Source: an uncultured bacterium (lineage in GTDB: Bacteria > Hydrogenedentota > Hydrogenedentia > Hydrogenedentales > JAEUWI01). From it: DNA of 19,094 bases. The translations under genes and the position numbers were made by a program. Position 1 is the stretch's first letter; the number at the start of each line of letters is the position of its first letter. The stretch spans positions 1 to 19,094 of the forward strand of contig CAXBPH010000126.1 in the NCBI GenBank assembly GCA_963977445.1. The letters are read 5' to 3'. Below the pieces are notes generated by a model that worked only from the letters and a program-made list of their open reading frames with translations, did no database searches and was not told the DNA's origin. Below are positions 15,149 through 19,094 of this stretch, in pieces.

Positions 15149-16906
15149 TTACCGTACGAGTACAACGCCGTCCAACAGGTCCAGTTTTTGTCCCGCGAGG
15201 GTGCGGATGTCGTCACTACCTGAACTTGCGCCAAAATCTGCCAGAAATTTCGTCAGTGCGTCTCGAACAAGCGTTACGGTGCCCATGTCGGGCAGTTCTC
15301 GCGTAGGGAGATAGCTCACGGCGGCTTCGCGAATGTTTGCCGCGGGGTGCTGGAGGCATTCGGTCATGAGGTCTATAACACGGTGGTAGTAAACGGGGAC
15401 TTCGCCTTGAAGTCCCCTCGCTCCGGGATAGTGAACCGTGATGGCATGGGAAAGGGCTTCGACATGAAGGGGGGTGAGGCGGTCAGGGTTGTCGTGCAGG
15501 GTGTGTTCGACCAGATTGATTGCCGCGGGTGTGGTGTTTTCCCATTGATTGGCCCGTGCCGACGCAAAATGAGGATGGACAATCTGGAAAATAAGGCTGC
15601 GTTCTCCATCATCGAAGAGTTGTTCCATCAACGGTGCGACGAGAGAAGGATAGGGCCAGAGGCGACGCAAAGCCAGTCCCTTGAACGCGTTTGCGTGCGA
15701 AGTGCCTGGCGGTATTTCCTCATTGAGGAACTGTTGGAAACTGGGAATGCGTCTCAGCTTGGTCGCGAGTTCTTTGCTCAGCCGATCCAGGATGGCGATG
15801 TAGTTTGCGTCTGTTAGGGTGTGGTGGGCGAAGTCGGGAAAATACATGTCCGCAGGGTGTACGCGCAGGCCCTCTGGGGATTCGTAAAGCCGCACGGGCA
15901 CGCCCCACTGGCGAACGTCGAAGATGGGGGCGTCCGGAGGCAGTCCGAGGCCCGCGAAGCTAAAGTCCCCGTCGTCGGAAGGCGAATTGAATTCGGTATC
16001 CAGATGCACTTCGAGCTTCTCGGGCCAGAATTGCACCTCATATTCCATGTCGTGAGAAAAGTGGCGTTCTGTGAGTTCCACTTTCTGCAAGGCCCACATG
16101 TTCTCGATATCCCTGGCCGGCGTATAGCTTGCCTGCCAGGTATCACCGGTGAATGTCTCAATTTTGCCATCTATCGTATTCGTTTTTACGCTGATTGCTT
16201 TGACGAGGGCATAATTCATTTCGGGAGCGAAATAGAACTCCCGCCGGACTTCTTCCTGCCGCATCTTTTCATCACCGGTTTGTTCATGTAACCCGACCAG
16301 GATGCACGGGATTCCACCGACCAACACACGTTCAATGGTCGGTTGAATGTTGCGCTTCAAGAAGTCGGAGATACAAACGATGGGGTCCATTTGGCGGGGG
16401 TGGTACAAGGCGTCGATGTCGAACCAACGGGCCGTGTGAGAAATTTCCGCGTCTTCGGTGCGGGGTGCTGTCTGCAGGTAGCCTCGGGGATCAGCCGTTT
16501 CATAAATACGGGTGACCTCCTCGTCGTAGGAGATGTTTACATCGCTGATCCATGGGTGGGGTGGAAGGCCGGTACGGGGCGTGTGGAGACGCTCGAAACG
16601 ATGCTGCGAGCCCCGTTGCTTCCACGAGACGGAAATCATATCATCCCCTTCCCAACGGATGTTTTCGGCGTCGGAAGGGAGGCTGTTCCCGCTGGGTTGT
16701 TTCCACTGGACTGCCGGGCTTCCGTGCAAATGGCGCATGGTACAGTGGCCCTGCGAATTCTCCAATTGCTGGTCGCGCGCCTCGTTCGCAGTCCGGACAC
16801 GGCTGAGTATGGTGTCAATATCTGGCAGTTCTGTCGCGGGACAAGCGAGAAAGGAATTGGCTATGACGATGACCGACAATACCATTCCCCTGAGCAGACA
16901 TATCAA
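15149..16906 (-). CDS. Secreted hypothetical protein (585 aa) with a helical, HEAT-like C-terminus
   Basis: Long ORF; hydrophobic N-terminal signal-like segment; CLQHPAANIREAAVSYL resembles a HEAT repeat. Confidence 0.65.
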   Translation of the reverse strand: MICLLRGMVLSVIVIANSFLACPATELPDIDTILSRVRTANEARDQQLENSQGHCTMRHLHGSPAVQWKQPSGNSLPSDAENIRWEGDDMISVSWKQRGSQHRFERLHTPRTGLPPHPWISDVNISYDEEVTRIYETADPRGYLQTAPRTEDAEISHTARWFDIDALYHPRQMDPIVCISDFLKRNIQPTIERVLVGGIPCILVGLHEQTGDEKMRQEEVRREFYFAPEMNYALVKAISVKTNTIDGKIETFTGDTWQASYTPARDIENMWALQKVELTERHFSHDMEYEVQFWPEKLEVHLDTEFNSPSDDGDFSFAGLGLPPDAPIFDVRQWGVPVRLYESPEGLRVHPADMYFPDFAHHTLTDANYIAILDRLSKELATKLRRIPSFQQFLNEEIPPGTSHANAFKGLALRRLWPYPSLVAPLMEQLFDDGERSLIFQIVHPHFASARANQWENTTPAAINLVEHTLHDNPDRLTPLHVEALSHAITVHYPGARGLQGEVPVYYHRVIDLMTECLQHPAANIREAAVSYLPTRELPDMGTVTLVRDALTKFLADFGASSGSDDIRTLAGQKLDLLDGVVLVR

Positions 16907-17020
16907 ATTCCCATCCTCCGTGCGTGAACCGTTTCTGCTTATCTAACGTTTGGAAGGTGAGCCTTGTTCGATCTAATTGCTCCGGACTTACAAAAAGGAT
17001 ACAGCAGACGGCACTACGGG

Positions 17021-19093
17021 CTATGCGTCGGGAAAATTAAACCGGACGGCCTTGGGCTGGCCGTCTACCAACCCAACCTTGACGGCTTTCACATCCTGGT
17101 GGGTCGTGCAAAAGCTGCGCACTTCATCTTCACCCATAATGAGGAAGGTCGTGCTCAGCGCATCGGCCTGGGCACCCGTGGGGCAGATGCTCATGGCACC
17201 GAGGGTCTCATCCACGGCACCACCGGTGCGGGGGTCGTAGATGTGGGAGAAACGCTGCCCTTCTACTTCGAAAGAGCGCCCTTCGCCGGAGGAGGTGGAA
17301 AAAGCCTCGTCCTTGATGACCACCCGGTCGACGAAATCTTCCGCCACGTCGTATTTCTTGTCGATGATGACGTTCCAGCCGGGGGTGCCTGACGGGGCTC
17401 CAATGGCAACAAAGGTGCTGTCACCGCCGCTGAGGAGCGCACATTCGATGTCGTTTCCTTTGAGGACTTGCGCCGCCACGTCGAGGGCATAGCCTTTGCC
17501 TATGCCACCGAAGTCGAGGCGCAAGCCCGGCTTGGTATAGAAAACAGTCCGTGCGTCAAAATCGATTTGGACCTTGTCGAGTCCCACCCGCTCGAGGGTC
17601 GCCGTGATTTCTTCTTGCGTGGGGATTCGGCCCTGTTTCTTATAGACCCCCCACAGGTCGAGGAGGGGACCGACGGTGACGTCAAAAATTCCCCCCGTGT
17701 CGTCATAGGCCTGTTTGGAGACCTTCAACAGGCCCATCACATCGGGATGGACCTTGACCGGGGCCGTGGCGGCCTCCCGGTTTAATTTGGCGGTGAAACT
17801 GTCGACGCGCCACGTGCTGATGCGCCGTTCGAGCTGTTCGATGCGATCCAGCGCGGCCAAGCCGATTTCGGTCAGCCGCGTCCGGTTATACGCCCCCGTA
17901 GGGGCGTATAACGTGATTTCAAAACGGGTACCCATGAGATCACGGGTCACTATTTGCTGCTCGGCAGTGGATAGTGCGCTCTCCGCAGCATGGGTCGGGG
18001 GAAAAAGGAGGCTCGCCGTGGCGTCTTCGGCCTTCTCATCCTCCGCCGGTACGGCCGCAGGCTCAGCCGAACTCCCCAGATTTTTCTGGAGGTCCGCCCA
18101 GTTTTTCTGTAAACCAAAGAATCCGGCAACGCTCATGATGAGCACAGCCGCAATCAGGGTGACGTTCCAGAAAATACGTGCCGCACCTTCGGGACGTCCC
18201 TCACCCATATACTTCTTCGAGTTCAAGAGGATGATGAAGCCAATCACCGCAATGGGCATGAGGGGGGCGGCCAGGCTGGAGGCCGTCACGGCGGCATACC
18301 ACGGGAAAGGAATCAGCACGCCGATGATACCAACGGCAGGGAGGAGGGAGAACCAGAATTTGGCCTTGCCCTGATATTCGAAGCCGAAGAGTTCGCAGCC
18401 GATGAAGCCGCTGGCCAGCATGTGGGTGATGATGGTGGAGATACCAATGGCAAACATGCCCAGCCCGATAAGCAGGAGGGACAAGGTGGAACCGAGGGTC
18501 TGATCCAGGACCGGCAGGATCTCTCGAATATCCTTGACCGCTTCCGGAGCCAGTTGTCCGGGGTCCGGGCCGATGGTGTTGGCTACGGCAATCATCATGA
18601 AGGCCGTGGCGAAGAGAAAGGGAACCACCATGCCGGAAAGCAGGTCGAAATAGGCCAATTCCCGGTGTTCCTTGCCCCAATTCTTGTTGAGCAGGGAATA
18701 GGGGTAGAGGAAAACCATATTGATACCGACGGCCGCCGCAATACCACCGACGACGGGCTTAATCGCCGACTCGGGGAATCCGAATTCCATGACATGCTGG
18801 AAAAAGCTGATACCCGTCAGGCCAAGGATGAGTTCCTTGAAATTAATGCCCGTGGAGATGGCAACGACGGCAAAGGCCGCCACGATGCCCCAAACGAGAA
18901 GTTTTACCAGGGTCTCGTAAATTTTGAGTCCCTTGGCACCCGTGCTGTAGAGGTAACAGACAAAGCCTGCCCCCGCCAGGACGACGAGCCCGATGAAGCC
19001 CCGTCCGTAGTTGCCGCTGAGGTCGATACCCACCCCATTGGCCAGTTCCACGGCCCCATTGGCGGTAAGGGAATATTGGGGGATATGCCATAG
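17021..19093 (-). CDS. Fusion of an NRAMP/MntH-like membrane transporter and an ApbE FAD:protein FMN transferase; 5' partial
   Basis: The frame stays open to the window edge (LWHIPQYSLTANGAV...). Multi-TM domain with AAAVGINMVFLYPYSLL and FAIGISTIITHML; then ApbE motifs MGT, FDVTVGPLLDLWG, LDFGGIGKGYALD, SHIYDPRTG, ADALST. Confidence 0.85.
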   Translation of the reverse strand, partial: LWHIPQYSLTANGAVELANGVGIDLSGNYGRGFIGLVVLAGAGFVCYLYSTGAKGLKIYETLVKLLVWGIVAAFAVVAISTGINFKELILGLTGISFFQHVMEFGFPESAIKPVVGGIAAAVGINMVFLYPYSLLNKNWGKEHRELAYFDLLSGMVVPFLFATAFMMIAVANTIGPDPGQLAPEAVKDIREILPVLDQTLGSTLSLLLIGLGMFAIGISTIITHMLASGFIGCELFGFEYQGKAKFWFSLLPAVGIIGVLIPFPWYAAVTASSLAAPLMPIAVIGFIILLNSKKYMGEGRPEGAARIFWNVTLIAAVLIMSVAGFFGLQKNWADLQKNLGSSAEPAAVPAEDEKAEDATASLLFPPTHAAESALSTAEQQIVTRDLMGTRFEITLYAPTGAYNRTRLTEIGLAALDRIEQLERRISTWRVDSFTAKLNREAATAPVKVHPDVMGLLKVSKQAYDDTGGIFDVTVGPLLDLWGVYKKQGRIPTQEEITATLERVGLDKVQIDFDARTVFYTKPGLRLDFGGIGKGYALDVAAQVLKGNDIECALLSGGDSTFVAIGAPSGTPGWNVIIDKKYDVAEDFVDRVVIKDEAFSTSSGEGRSFEVEGQRFSHIYDPRTGGAVDETLGAMSICPTGAQADALSTTFLIMGEDEVRSFCTTHQDVKAVKVGLVDGQPKAVRFNFPDA

Positions 19094-19094
19094 G

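Overview
Bacterial chromosomal window in which every credible protein-coding gene lies on the - strand. A complete 10,548-bp integrative element sits in a tRNA-Val(GAC) gene (10867-10943). It is bounded by an exact 48-bp direct repeat (316-363 and 10864-10911) that starts precisely at the anticodon loop. In transcription order it encodes: tyrosine integrase, hypothetical protein, XRE-type regulator, prohead protease/scaffold, DUF2190-like capsid decoration protein, Mu gpT-like major capsid protein, DUF1580-like HTH (Xis/AlpA-like), a 73-aa ORF, a tail tape-measure protein, a phage-type replication initiator with internal repeats, a hypothetical protein, a non-coding region resembling lambda cosQ/cosN, and a Zn-finger/repeat/HeH protein. 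I recognise no terminase, portal, connector, tail tube, baseplate or lysis genes, and the genes present look intact and are tightly coupled. The best reading is a phage satellite that supplies its own capsid shell and its own tape measure but borrows the packaging motor, portal and tail parts from a helper phage. This gene set does not match the satellite families I know. Two + strand promoter/terminator units suggest small RNAs, one antisense to the rep leader. Host flanks: the 5' end of a sialate O-acetylesterase-like gene on the left; on the right a YceI lipoprotein, a Tat-exported Gfo/Idh/MocA oxidoreductase, Pal, a secreted hypothetical protein and a partial NRAMP-like transporter fused to ApbE. 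All family calls come from motifs recognised by eye; no searches were run.
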